A DNA stretch of 32,000 nt from Candidatus Arthromitus sp. SFB-rat-Yit. Its GTDB lineage: Bacteria; Bacillota; Clostridia; Clostridiales; Clostridiaceae. Below are positions 1 through 9,040 of the stretch, piece by piece. The stretch's first letter is position 1. The number at the start of each line of letters is the position of its first letter. The position numbers and the translations under genes were made by a program. Under the pieces are notes generated by a model. It searched no databases. It was not told the DNA's origin and worked only from the letters and a program-made list of their open reading frames with translations. The stretch lies in NCBI RefSeq assembly GCF_000283555.1, contig NC_016012.1:1410001-1442000 (forward strand). The letters run 5' to 3'.

Positions 1-635
1 TTCTTAAAACATTTCAATAATTTTCTTTTTATTCTTTGTATAGCATTATCTATAGATTTAGGTTGTCGATCTAACAAATATGCTATTTGTTGGTAACTTC
101 TACCTATAATGTAATAATGTAATACTATCTTTTCATATCTAGATAAGTTTCTTAAAACATGCCTTTCTATCTCATTTATTTGCTCTTTATCAACAAATAA
201 ATCTTCAGGATCAGATATTCTTAATGATTCTGTAATATCTAATAGTGTTTTATCTGATTCATCATCATAAATGGGTTTATTTAAGGATATATATGTATTT
301 AACGGTATATGTTTTTGTCTTGTAGCAGTTTTTATAGCTGTGATAATCTGCCTTGTTATACATAATTCGGCAAAACATTTAAAACTAGATAACTTATTAC
401 TATTATAATCTCTAATAGCTTTATATAATCCGATTAATCCCTCTTGATATATATCCTCCTTATCTGCTCCTATAAGGAAGTAAGATTTTGATTTTAACTG
501 TATAAACTTTTTATATTTATTAATAAGTATTTCTATTGACTTACTATCGCCTTGTTTAGCTTTACTTAAAATAAACTCCTCTTCTATATCATAATTAGTA
601 TTCAAATCATCTATATCAAACGAGCTATTAATCAT
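1..635 (-). CDS. sigH: RNA polymerase sporulation-type sigma factor SigH (sigma-70 family), 3' end truncated by window edge
   Basis: Own translation from the ATG at 635 reads MINSSFDIDDLNTNYDIEEEFILSKAKQGDSKSIEILINKYKKFIQLKSKSYFLIGADKEDIYQEGLIGLYKAIRDY...SRYEKIVLHYYIIGRSYQQIAYLLDRQPKSIDNAIQRIKRKLLKCF, with sigma region 2 and region 4 signatures. Located next to yacP/rlmB as in other Bacillota. RBS 'aaggagtg' upstream. Not in the supplied ORF track. Confidence 0.93.
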   Translation of the reverse strand, partial: MINSSFDIDDLNTNYDIEEEFILSKAKQGDSKSIEILINKYKKFIQLKSKSYFLIGADKEDIYQEGLIGLYKAIRDYNSNKLSSFKCFAELCITRQIITAIKTATRQKHIPLNTYISLNKPIYDDESDKTLLDITESLRISDPEDLFVDKEQINEIERHVLRNLSRYEKIVLHYYIIGRSYQQIAYLLDRQPKSIDNAIQRIKRKLLKCFK

Positions 636-651
636 TTATTCACTCCTTAAA

Positions 652-1167
652 TTACTTAATTCTTCTTATATTTTCTAATTTCTGAACAATATCATCACTT
701 AAATTATCAACAAATAAAAATCCAGAATTTTTATAATTGTTTTCATTTATTTCTTTATTTATTTTTTTATTAACTCTGTGCACATCATCATAAAACTCTA
801 AACTGGACATTCTATAAGCACCTCTTTGAAAGATAATCTGTTGTTCCATAAAATCAGAAGTAACCACTATAATCTCAACTTTTTTGGCAGTATTATGAAC
901 TATTTTTTCTATATATGTATCTGCAAATTCATCTTTATTAGTATATATTACACTTAAATTATCAGATATTTCTAATTTCCTTTCACCTGTAGAATTGGAA
1001 TTATATGCATCAAATATCAAAAATATCTTATATCCATTAAATACTGCATAATTCTCGATCACGTTTATAAGCTTATCTCTTATTATATCAAAATCTAAAT
1101 CTTTAATATTTTTGAAATTAGGCCATGAATTTATTACATTATATGCATCAACAAAAATAATTTTCAC
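652..1167 (-). CDS. YacP-like NYN domain protein (putative endoribonuclease)
   Basis: ORF track 652..1203. Conserved start (V)KIIFVDAYNVINSWP...LFDAYNSNST...VVTSDFMEQQIIFQRGAYRMSSLEF. A GTG at 1167, just after the rlmB stop, is the likely start. Confidence 0.85.
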   Translation of the reverse strand: MKIIFVDAYNVINSWPNFKNIKDLDFDIIRDKLINVIENYAVFNGYKIFLIFDAYNSNSTGERKLEISDNLSVIYTNKDEFADTYIEKIVHNTAKKVEIIVVTSDFMEQQIIFQRGAYRMSSLEFYDDVHRVNKKINKEINENNYKNSGFLFVDNLSDDIVQKLENIRRIK

Positions 1168-1171
1168 TATA

Positions 1172-1912
1172 TCAATACCTACTTTGAATATTTTTAATCT
1201 CATACATTATAATACCTGCTGCTACAGAAACATTAAAAGAATCAATTTTACCATACATAGGAATTTTAACCTTAACATCACAAAATGTTAGAAGCTCTTT
1301 ATCCACACCCGTTTCCTCATTACCTATAATTAAAACTATCGGATATTTGTAATTTATATCACTTAAATTTATTTTAGTATTTAAGCTTGTTGCAATAATT
1401 TTAAATCCTATATCCTTAAATTTTAATATGACATTTGGGATATTATTTGCTCTACATATATTCAGGTGCGCTACTGCTCCCATAGATGTTTTCCATACAG
1501 TATTATTTACATCACAACTTCTTTTTTGTGGTATAATTATATTTTTTATTCCCATAATTTCTGCAGTTCTTAATATAGATCCTAAATTTCTAGGATCCTG
1601 TATACTATCCAAAATTAATACAATTTCATCACTTTCATTATCTACATTATTTATAATTTCATTTATTTTAAAATATTTGTATTCCGGTATTCTAACTGCA
1701 ATCCCTTGATGCACCCCATAATTGCATAGTATATTCATATCATTACTATATATGCTTTTTATATTTATACATTTTTTCTTAGCATATTCTAAAATTTTTA
1801 AAACTTTATCCTGTTTTATATTCTTACTTATGTATATTTCTGATATTTCAAGATCACTATTTATAACTTCTTGCACTACTTTTCTTCCATAAATAATGTT
1901 TTTTCTCCCCAA
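1172..1912 (-). CDS. rlmB: 23S rRNA 2'-O-methyltransferase RlmB/TrmH family (SpoU)
   Basis: IIYGRKVVQEV...LDSIQDPRNLGSILRTAE...VIGNEETGVDKELLTFCDVKVKIPMYGKIDSFNVSVAAGIIMYE SpoU motifs. TTG start with RBS aaggag. Confidence 0.9.
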   Translation of the reverse strand: MGRKNIIYGRKVVQEVINSDLEISEIYISKNIKQDKVLKILEYAKKKCINIKSIYSNDMNILCNYGVHQGIAVRIPEYKYFKINEIINNVDNESDEIVLILDSIQDPRNLGSILRTAEIMGIKNIIIPQKRSCDVNNTVWKTSMGAVAHLNICRANNIPNVILKFKDIGFKIIATSLNTKINLSDINYKYPIVLIIGNEETGVDKELLTFCDVKVKIPMYGKIDSFNVSVAAGIIMYEIKNIQSRY

Positions 1913-1926
1913 AATAAATCTACTCC

Positions 1927-2340
1927 TTAAATTAGTTTAAATATCTCATCAAATATAAAGTCCAATCTTTTAAAATCCCCAACCATATATAAATATCCTA
2001 CAATACTTTCTAGGCCAGTAGCCGTTTTATAATTCCCAACACTGCAATTCTTAGGAATAGTTCTGACTTTACTATTCCTACCTCTTTTAAAATAATAGTT
2101 CTCCTCTTCTCCAAATAAATACTTTATTTTATAATATATATCATTTTGAAATTTAGCATTCACATACTTTATAACTTCTAAGTGTAATTTATTCGAATCT
2201 ATATAACCAAACTTTCTTAACATATAATTTCTAAAATACATCTCATAAACACAATCGCCAATGTATGCTATACTTAATATATTAAAACTTTTAATCCTTT
2301 TTTTATCATATGTATACAAATTAAACATACTCCAACTCAT
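1927..2340 (-). CDS. mrnC: Mini-ribonuclease III
   Basis: LSIAYIGDCVYEMYFRNYML...ATGLESIVGYLYMVGDFKRLDFIFDEIF. RNase III-like domain alone, between cysS and rlmB. Confidence 0.88.
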   Translation of the reverse strand: MSWSMFNLYTYDKKRIKSFNILSIAYIGDCVYEMYFRNYMLRKFGYIDSNKLHLEVIKYVNAKFQNDIYYKIKYLFGEEENYYFKRGRNSKVRTIPKNCSVGNYKTATGLESIVGYLYMVGDFKRLDFIFDEIFKLI

Positions 2341-2368
2341 AGTTTCACCATGTAAAGATAAACATAAC

Positions 2369-3787
2369 TTATACTAATACTATATATATTAAATTATTAT
2401 TTATATCCTTAATTCTAGTTCCATCATTTATATCTTCTAATATGTAACCTCTTTTCACTAATTCGTCTCTTATTATATCCGCCTGATCAAATTGTTTTTT
2501 TTGTTTAAATTGCATTCTTTTTTTTACCATCTCTTTTACATCATTTTCTATTTCTTTAAATTCTTCAATTTCTTTATAAGTCAATCCAAAAATATCAAAA
2601 AAACTATCAAAAATTTTTATACTTTCGCTTAATTCCAAACTATTAAAATTTGTTATATATTTATTAACATACTTAACAAATTCAAAAATAACCGATATTG
2701 CATCCGCAGTATTAAAATCATCATTCATTTTATCTATAAATGTACTATGATATTTTCTAATATCATCTAAACATTCATTCTTATTTACATTATCACATTC
2801 TTTAAAATTTATAAGATTAAAATATACTTTTTTTATTCTAGATAATGATTTATTAGCAGATTCCATGTATTCTTCATCAAATGAGATATTATTCCTATAA
2901 TGAACTGATAATAAAAAAAATCTTATAACATCACCTGTATATCTATTTAAAATTTCTCTTATAGTAAAAAAATTTTCTAATGATTTAGACATTTTTTCAT
3001 TACCTACATTCAGAAAAGAACAATGCATCCAATAATTAGCCAATTTTTTATTTTCCAACACCTCAATTTGGGCTATTTCATTTTCATGATGCGGAAATAC
3101 TAAATCTATGCCACCACCGTGTATATCTATGGTATCACCATCAAAATATTTATATATCATAGAACAACATTCTGTATGCCATCCAGGTCTACCTATACCC
3201 CAAGGAGAATCATACCCTGGTTCATTTTCCTTATTTTTCTTCCATAATATAAAATCTAATGCATCCTTCTTATTTTTATTTATTTTTATTCTGGATCCAG
3301 ATTTTAATGTATTTATATCTTGTCCAAATAATTTCCCATAACTTCCAAATTCTCTAACAGAAAAATAAACATCTCCATCTATTTCATAAGCAAATCCACT
3401 ATACATCAATTTTGATATTAAGTTAATCATATCCTCTATACAATCAGTAGCTCTAGGATTTTGAGTAGCTCTCTTTATATTTAATCTATCAGAATCAACA
3501 TAATATTCTTCTATGTATTTATTAGATATCTCACATATAGTTCTATTCTCTTTAATAGATTTATTTATTATCTTATCATCTATATCAGTAAAATTCTGAA
3601 TATAATTTACTGAATATCCATTGTATTCAAGATATCGTCTAACGCAATCAAAAAATATAAATGTTCTGGCGTTACCTAAATGAAATAAATCATACACGGT
3701 TGGACCGCAAACATACATGTTTACAATTTCCTTATTAATTGGTTTAAATTCTTCCTTAATTCTAGTCAGCGTATTAAATATTTTCAT
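2369..3787 (-). CDS. cysS: Cysteinyl-tRNA synthetase
   Basis: MKIFNTLTR...YVCGPTVYDLFHLGNARTFIFFD (HIGH-like) and KMSKS (NEKMSKSLENF). ORF track starts at 3832, but TTTAGGAG-N6-ATG supports M16 (3787) as the true start. Confidence 0.96.
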   Translation of the reverse strand: MKIFNTLTRIKEEFKPINKEIVNMYVCGPTVYDLFHLGNARTFIFFDCVRRYLEYNGYSVNYIQNFTDIDDKIINKSIKENRTICEISNKYIEEYYVDSDRLNIKRATQNPRATDCIEDMINLISKLMYSGFAYEIDGDVYFSVREFGSYGKLFGQDINTLKSGSRIKINKNKKDALDFILWKKNKENEPGYDSPWGIGRPGWHTECCSMIYKYFDGDTIDIHGGGIDLVFPHHENEIAQIEVLENKKLANYWMHCSFLNVGNEKMSKSLENFFTIREILNRYTGDVIRFFLLSVHYRNNISFDEEYMESANKSLSRIKKVYFNLINFKECDNVNKNECLDDIRKYHSTFIDKMNDDFNTADAISVIFEFVKYVNKYITNFNSLELSESIKIFDSFFDIFGLTYKEIEEFKEIENDVKEMVKKRMQFKQKKQFDQADIIRDELVKRGYILEDINDGTRIKDINNNLIYIVLV

Positions 3788-3803
3788 TTTAAATTCTCCT
3801 AAA

Positions 3804-4487
3804 CTAAAATAATCTTTGAATTGATTCTCCAATATAAATATCTTCTTTATTAGTGATTTTAATATTAAGTCTGTTTCCTAAATAAAAATATGTCTTTTCT
3901 CCAATTAAATCTAACGCGCTACTTTCATCAGTTACATTAATTCCATGTTTATTTATATAATTATAAGCACAAATCAATTTGCTTTTTTTAAAGCATTGGG
4001 GAGTTTGAATTATTAATAACTTTTCTCTTTTTAAGGTTTTAATTTCACTATCATTGTTAAATTTTATCGTATCATTTGGAGTTACATAACAAGATGAGGC
4101 ACCATATTCATTGGCATACTTAACAGCATTACTTATACATTCATCACTTAAAAAAGGTCTAGCAGCATCATGTATTAATACATACTCACCATGAACTATA
4201 TTTAATGCATTATAAACAGAATCTTGCCTATTTTCTCCTCCAATAACTATTTTTATTTTATCAATACCAGAAAACCACTTATTAAGTATATTTTTTTTAC
4301 AATATTCTATATAAATATCTTCTAAAACTAAATATATATTATCTATATACTTATTATTTAAGATTTTATTTAAAGAATAATATAATACAGGTTTATTATT
4401 AATTTCCATAAACTGTTTATTTATTTCAGAATTCATACGTCTCGATCTTCCAGCCGCTAAAAGTATACAATCTGAGTTTTTATACAT
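3804..4487 (-). CDS. ispD: 2-C-methyl-D-erythritol 4-phosphate cytidylyltransferase
   Basis: ILLAAGRSRRMNSEINKQFMEINNKPVLYYSL...VLIHDAARPFLSDE...IQTPQCF...TDESSALDLIG typical IspD motifs. Confidence 0.93.
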   Translation of the reverse strand: MYKNSDCILLAAGRSRRMNSEINKQFMEINNKPVLYYSLNKILNNKYIDNIYLVLEDIYIEYCKKNILNKWFSGIDKIKIVIGGENRQDSVYNALNIVHGEYVLIHDAARPFLSDECISNAVKYANEYGASSCYVTPNDTIKFNNDSEIKTLKREKLLIIQTPQCFKKSKLICAYNYINKHGINVTDESSALDLIGEKTYFYLGNRLNIKITNKEDIYIGESIQRLF

Positions 4488-4567
4488 TTAACTAATCTCC
4501 AAAAGTTAATATTTAAATTTATTATAATCATTTTTCCATAAATTAGCAATTTTTTTATATAATAATT

Positions 4568-4597
4568 AAAGATATAGTTAAAATAACTATATCCTTA
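4568..4597 (-). terminator. Rho-independent terminator downstream of clpC, overlapping its stop codon
   Basis: Minus strand reads AAGGATATAGTTA-TTT-TAACTATATCTTT followed by a moderately T-rich tail. The 13-bp stem includes one G-U pair. Confidence 0.65.
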
Positions 4598-7033
4598 AGG
4601 CTTCTTAAAATAAAAAATTTCATTGTCTTTTAACACAGCTTCCACATTATCTCCAGATTTAATGTTTCCTAATAATATTTGGTCAGACAAAGTATCCTCA
4701 ATATATTTAGTTATAGACCTTCTTAATGGCCTAGCCCCATATTTTTCACTCAAACTATTATCAAGTATATAATTCTTTACATCTTCACTAAAATTAATTG
4801 ATATATCTTGACTTGACACTCTAATATTAAAATCAAGTAGCATCTTATCTAATATTTTTGTGAGACTTTTTTTATCCAGCGGTTTAAATACTATCACATC
4901 ATCTAATCTATTTAAAAACTCAGGTCTAAAATTTTTCTTAAGCTCACTCAAAACATTATTTTTCATTTTAGTATAAATTTCTTCTTCATTATTCTTGTGA
5001 TTTATAAAACCTAATGATGAATTTTTATTAATTATATCTGCTCCTATGTTTGACGTTAATATTATTATTGTATTTTTAAAACTAACTCTCTTCCCATTTG
5101 AATCTGTTAAATGTCCATCTTCTAAAATTTGTAGCATTATATTAAATATATCCGGATGAGCCTTCTCTATTTCATCAAATAATATAATAGAATATGGTGA
5201 TCTCCTGACTTTCTCTGTCAATTGTCCCCCCTCTTGGAATCCAATATACCCTGGTGGTGATCCAATAATCTTTGATACCGTATGTTTTTCCATAAATTCA
5301 GACATATCAAATCTTATTATATTCTCTTCACTTCCAAAAACAATATCTGATAGAGCCTTACACAATTCAGTTTTACCAACTCCAGTAGGCCCTAAAAATA
5401 TAAATGAACCAATAGGTCTTTTAGGATCCTTAATTCCAACACGTCCACGTTTAACAGCCTTAGCAACAGATGTTACAGCCTCATTTTGATCTATTACTCT
5501 ATTTTTTAACATTTCCTCTAATTTTAATAATTTTTCCGATTCTGTTTGTGTTAATTTTTCAACTGGTATCTTAGTCCAGCTTGCTACAACAGACGCTAAC
5601 TCCTGCTCAGTAAGTATAAATTCCTTGTCATATTTTTCAACTTTCCACTTCTCTTTTGAATTTTCCAATCTTTCTTTAAGTTTCTGTTCTTTATCCCTAA
5701 GCGAAGCTGCCTTCTCAAAATCTTCTAAAGTTATCGCTTCTTGCTTTTCCTTACCAACTTTTGCTATTTCCTCTTCTATTTCTTTAACTTCAATAGGTAC
5801 TGTTAAATTTCTAACCCTTATTTTTGCAGCAGCCTCATCAATTAAATCTATAGCTTTATCTGGTAAATATCTATCTGGGATAAATCTAACAGATAGACTA
5901 ACCGCAAACCTTATAGCTTCATCAGTAATTTTTACTTTATGATGAGTTTCATATTTATCTCTTATACCCATTAATATATCTATCGTTTCATCCTCATTAG
6001 GTTCTCCAACAAATATGGGTTGAAATCTTCGTTCTAAAGCCGTATCTTTTTCTATATATTTTCTATATTCATCAATAGTTGTGGCTCCTATACACTGTAT
6101 TTCTCCTCTAGCTAAGGCTGGTTTTAATATATTAGATGCATCTATAGCTCCCTCGGCTCCACCAGCACCAATTATTGTATGTATCTCATCTATAAACAAA
6201 ATTATATTTTTGGATTTTTTTATCTCTTCCATTATTTTCTTTAATCTTTCCTCAAATTCTCCTCTGTATTTTGTTCCAGCAATCAAAGAAGATAAATCTA
6301 AGGTCACAACACGTTTATTTTTCAATATCTCCGGTATATTACCTTCTGTTATTTTTTGTGCTAACCCCTCGATAATAGCTGTTTTACCAACTCCCGGATC
6401 ACCTATTAAACATGGATTATTTTTTATTCTTCTACACAATATTTCAAGAACTCTTTGTGTTTCTATATCTCTTCCTATAACAGGATCTAATTTCCCTTCA
6501 TTAGCCAATTTTGTAAGATCTCTGCCATGCTGATCCAATACAGGTGTCGGTAAATTTTTAAGTTGTTGTTCTTTTTCGTGTGGATTTTGTATATCAATTG
6601 TAACATTAAGGGCATTTATAGTTTGGTTCCATATTTTTACTATGGACACACCTTTTTTATCTAGTATCTTATAAGCAACTCCGTCAGTTTCATTTATAAT
6701 AGATAGTAGTATATGTTCAGGAGATACATGATTATGCCCTAATTTCTTAGCCTCATCTATACTGCTCTCTATAACCTTTTTAGTCCTAGGTGTTAATGGT
6801 ATCTCACTATTTTTTATTTCTATCTCTCCTGGAGATAAAATAGTTCTAATTTCCTTAAATATATCATCATAATATACATCAAAAGAATTTAAAATTTTCT
6901 GTGCAGGTCCATCCTCTCTTAGTAAACCAAGTAATATATGTTCTGTTCCTATAAATCCATGACCCAACTTTAGTGCATCATCACCCGAATAGCTTATAAC
7001 CTTTCTAGCCCTTTCAGTTAATTTTTCAAACAT
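4595..7033 (-). CDS. clpC: ATP-dependent Clp protease ATP-binding subunit ClpC
   Basis: Full Clp_N, two AAA+ modules (GDPGVGKTAI; GPTGVGKTEL), UVR region and C-terminal ClpB-D2 domain. 812 aa, beginning MFEKLTERARKVISYSGDDALKLGHGFIGTEHILLGLL. Confidence 0.97.
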   Translation of the reverse strand: MFEKLTERARKVISYSGDDALKLGHGFIGTEHILLGLLREDGPAQKILNSFDVYYDDIFKEIRTILSPGEIEIKNSEIPLTPRTKKVIESSIDEAKKLGHNHVSPEHILLSIINETDGVAYKILDKKGVSIVKIWNQTINALNVTIDIQNPHEKEQQLKNLPTPVLDQHGRDLTKLANEGKLDPVIGRDIETQRVLEILCRRIKNNPCLIGDPGVGKTAIIEGLAQKITEGNIPEILKNKRVVTLDLSSLIAGTKYRGEFEERLKKIMEEIKKSKNIILFIDEIHTIIGAGGAEGAIDASNILKPALARGEIQCIGATTIDEYRKYIEKDTALERRFQPIFVGEPNEDETIDILMGIRDKYETHHKVKITDEAIRFAVSLSVRFIPDRYLPDKAIDLIDEAAAKIRVRNLTVPIEVKEIEEEIAKVGKEKQEAITLEDFEKAASLRDKEQKLKERLENSKEKWKVEKYDKEFILTEQELASVVASWTKIPVEKLTQTESEKLLKLEEMLKNRVIDQNEAVTSVAKAVKRGRVGIKDPKRPIGSFIFLGPTGVGKTELCKALSDIVFGSEENIIRFDMSEFMEKHTVSKIIGSPPGYIGFQEGGQLTEKVRRSPYSIILFDEIEKAHPDIFNIMLQILEDGHLTDSNGKRVSFKNTIIILTSNIGADIINKNSSLGFINHKNNEEEIYTKMKNNVLSELKKNFRPEFLNRLDDVIVFKPLDKKSLTKILDKMLLDFNIRVSSQDISINFSEDVKNYILDNSLSEKYGARPLRRSITKYIEDTLSDQILLGNIKSGDNVEAVLKDNEIFYFKKP

Positions 7034-7049
7034 CAGATTACCACCTTTT

Positions 7050-8087
7050 TTAATTTTTATCTATTATCTTTATATTTTTAATAGAATTTCTCAAGAATTT
7101 AGCTCTCTCAATATCCCTTTCTTTAGAATTCATCTTATTACTTATATTTAATTGTAAAGATGCTGGTTGACATCCTATAAGTATCCCATTCATACAAATA
7201 TCAGTTTCTAATATACCTTCCTCAATACCAAGCCTTATATATGACAAATATTCTAAAGCTTCCTTAGATGTTATAGAATAACAATTACCCAATATACCAA
7301 CACTTCTAAATATTTTGTCTTTTATCTCAATTCCAAAATCATCAAATAATGACTTTCTTACATTACGCTCCTTATCTATTAACTCATTAACTATAGCATG
7401 CAAATTGTTTAATATATCTTTTTCGCTTACACCTAATGTTATTTGATTCGATATCTGAAATATATTGCCATCTATCTTACTCCCTTCTCCATAAAGTCCT
7501 CTTATAGTCATACCAATTTGAGTTAAAGCTTTATATACTTTTGATATTTGATCAGTCATAGAAAGTGCAGGTAAATGCATCATAACTGAAGTTCTCATAC
7601 CAGTACCTAAATTAGTCGGACACGTGGTTAAATATCCTATTTTTTCATCGAAAGCATAATCTAATTTTCTCTCTATAAAATCATCTAATTCCATCGCTTC
7701 ATCAAATGCCTCTTTAAGATTATATCCAGAATTAAAAAACTGCATCCTTAAATGATCTTCCTCATTAACCATTATACTAATAGTTTGATCTTCATTTATA
7801 AAACATGCACTTTTAGTAGAAAATTTAATTAAATCATTACTTATTAAATGTTTTTCAAGTAATACGTTATTAGCTATTTTACCTTGATCATTTAATTTTA
7901 TTTTCTTAAATTTATATCTATATCCAGTTAGTCCATTTTCAATCTTATCTATTACATCAATAGCACTGTTATCATCTAGTTTATGTGGAAAATTTACACC
8001 TTTTAAATTCCTAGCTAATCTTACCCTGCTACTTAGGATAAAATTATTAGAATTATTTGAAGACAAGTTAATCCAATTAGATAACAT
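7050..8087 (-). CDS. mcsB: Protein-arginine kinase McsB
   Basis: ILSSRVRLARNLKGVNFPHK...TCPTNLGTGMRTSVMMHLPAL ATP:guanido phosphotransferase motifs. RBS aaggagg. Between mcsA and clpC. Confidence 0.96.
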   Translation of the reverse strand: MLSNWINLSSNNSNNFILSSRVRLARNLKGVNFPHKLDDNSAIDVIDKIENGLTGYRYKFKKIKLNDQGKIANNVLLEKHLISNDLIKFSTKSACFINEDQTISIMVNEEDHLRMQFFNSGYNLKEAFDEAMELDDFIERKLDYAFDEKIGYLTTCPTNLGTGMRTSVMMHLPALSMTDQISKVYKALTQIGMTIRGLYGEGSKIDGNIFQISNQITLGVSEKDILNNLHAIVNELIDKERNVRKSLFDDFGIEIKDKIFRSVGILGNCYSITSKEALEYLSYIRLGIEEGILETDICMNGILIGCQPASLQLNISNKMNSKERDIERAKFLRNSIKNIKIIDKN

Positions 8088-8088
8088 C

Positions 8089-8622
8089 TTACTTATCCTC
8101 CTTAGTTTTATTTTCTAATTTTTTTATAGCATCTCTCAATTCTGCAGCCTTTTCATACTCCTCTGATAAAATAGCTTTTTGTAATTTATCTTTTAAAATA
8201 ATCAATTCTCTTTTAATAATCACATCATAACCACATCTAGACGGCACCTTACCAATATGCTCCGAACTATTTTGTACTCTTTTTATAAAAATAGTTAATA
8301 TTTTTATAAACTGATTATAACATTCGTCACACCCTAATAAACCGCTGTTTTTAAATTCAGCATAAGTTGTACCGCACTTAATGCATTTCGAATCATTTAT
8401 TTTTATTACTGATGATTGCTGATTGTTATTAAAATATTCTATCAGCCCCCCCAAAATATTTAAAGAAAATGCATCTTCTGCATTTACCATATAATTTAAA
8501 TTAAATTCCCCAAGCTCTTTTGCACATTTTTCACATATATTAAGCTCTTTTTTTATACCATCAAAAACTTTAATTATGTGAACATTTGCTTTATATTTAT
8601 TACACCTTTCACATTTTTCCAA
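8089..8622 (-). CDS. mcsA: McsA, UvrB/UvrC-motif zinc protein (McsB activator)
   Basis: CxxC pairs (CERCNKYK, CEKCAKEL, CIKCGTTY, CDECYNQF) and a C-terminal UVR motif (LKDKLQKAILSEEYEKAAELRDAIKKLE). TTG start with RBS gaggtga. Confidence 0.93.
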   Translation of the reverse strand: MEKCERCNKYKANVHIIKVFDGIKKELNICEKCAKELGEFNLNYMVNAEDAFSLNILGGLIEYFNNNQQSSVIKINDSKCIKCGTTYAEFKNSGLLGCDECYNQFIKILTIFIKRVQNSSEHIGKVPSRCGYDVIIKRELIILKDKLQKAILSEEYEKAAELRDAIKKLENKTKEDK

Positions 8623-8714
8623 AATATCACCTCTAAAACATACTCTTAACTTTATTTTTATATTATCAATATATAGTTTATTTAATCACATTTTAACATA
8701 TTTACCAATTTTAA

Positions 8715-8749
8715 AAAAATAACAGAGGGTAATTTCCTCTGTTATTTTT
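8715..8749. terminator. Strong symmetric hairpin, bidirectional-type terminator between ferredoxin and mcsA
   Basis: AAAAATAACAGAGG-GTAATTT-CCTCTGTTATTTTT, perfect 14-bp stem. The ferredoxin gene (minus) ends at 8751. Confidence 0.85.
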
Positions 8750-8750
8750 A

Positions 8751-8924
8751 TTATTCTTGACTTATAGCACTAACAGGACATATTCCTGCACATGTTCCGC
8801 AATCTATGCATTCTTCTGGATTTATCTTATATCTCCCATCATCTTTTTGAGATATGCACATAACAGGACAATCCGCCGCACAGGCTCCACATCCTATGCA
8901 TTCATCACTAATATTAAAAGCCAT
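8751..8924 (-). CDS. 2[4Fe-4S] ferredoxin
   Basis: MAFNISDECIGCGACAADCPVMCISQKDDGRYKINPEECIDCGTCAGICPVSAISQE with two CxxCxxCxxxCP clusters. RBS ggaggt upstream of M6 of the track ORF supports start 8924. Confidence 0.93.
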   Translation of the reverse strand: MAFNISDECIGCGACAADCPVMCISQKDDGRYKINPEECIDCGTCAGICPVSAISQE

Positions 8925-9040
8925 AAAAAATACCTCCAAAAATTACACATACATATATAATATGAATTTTATTTATGCATGTAATTATAATACTACATTT
9001 TAATTACTAATAAAATATTTTTTAATCAATTTTAACCTTT

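Noticed and set aside
1428-3341. Plus-strand ORFs 1428..1709 and 3108..3341
   Set aside because: Antisense to rlmB and cysS, spurious.
5625-6533. Plus-strand ORFs of 105 aa (5625..5942) and 150 aa (6081..6533)
   Set aside because: They lie antisense within the strongly supported clpC gene. Composition is the mirror of the coding strand and no RBS or family signature is present.
8623-8714. CIRCE or CtsR operator upstream of mcsA
   Set aside because: No TTAGCACTC-N9-GAGTGCTAA and no GGTCAAA direct repeat could be found by eye.
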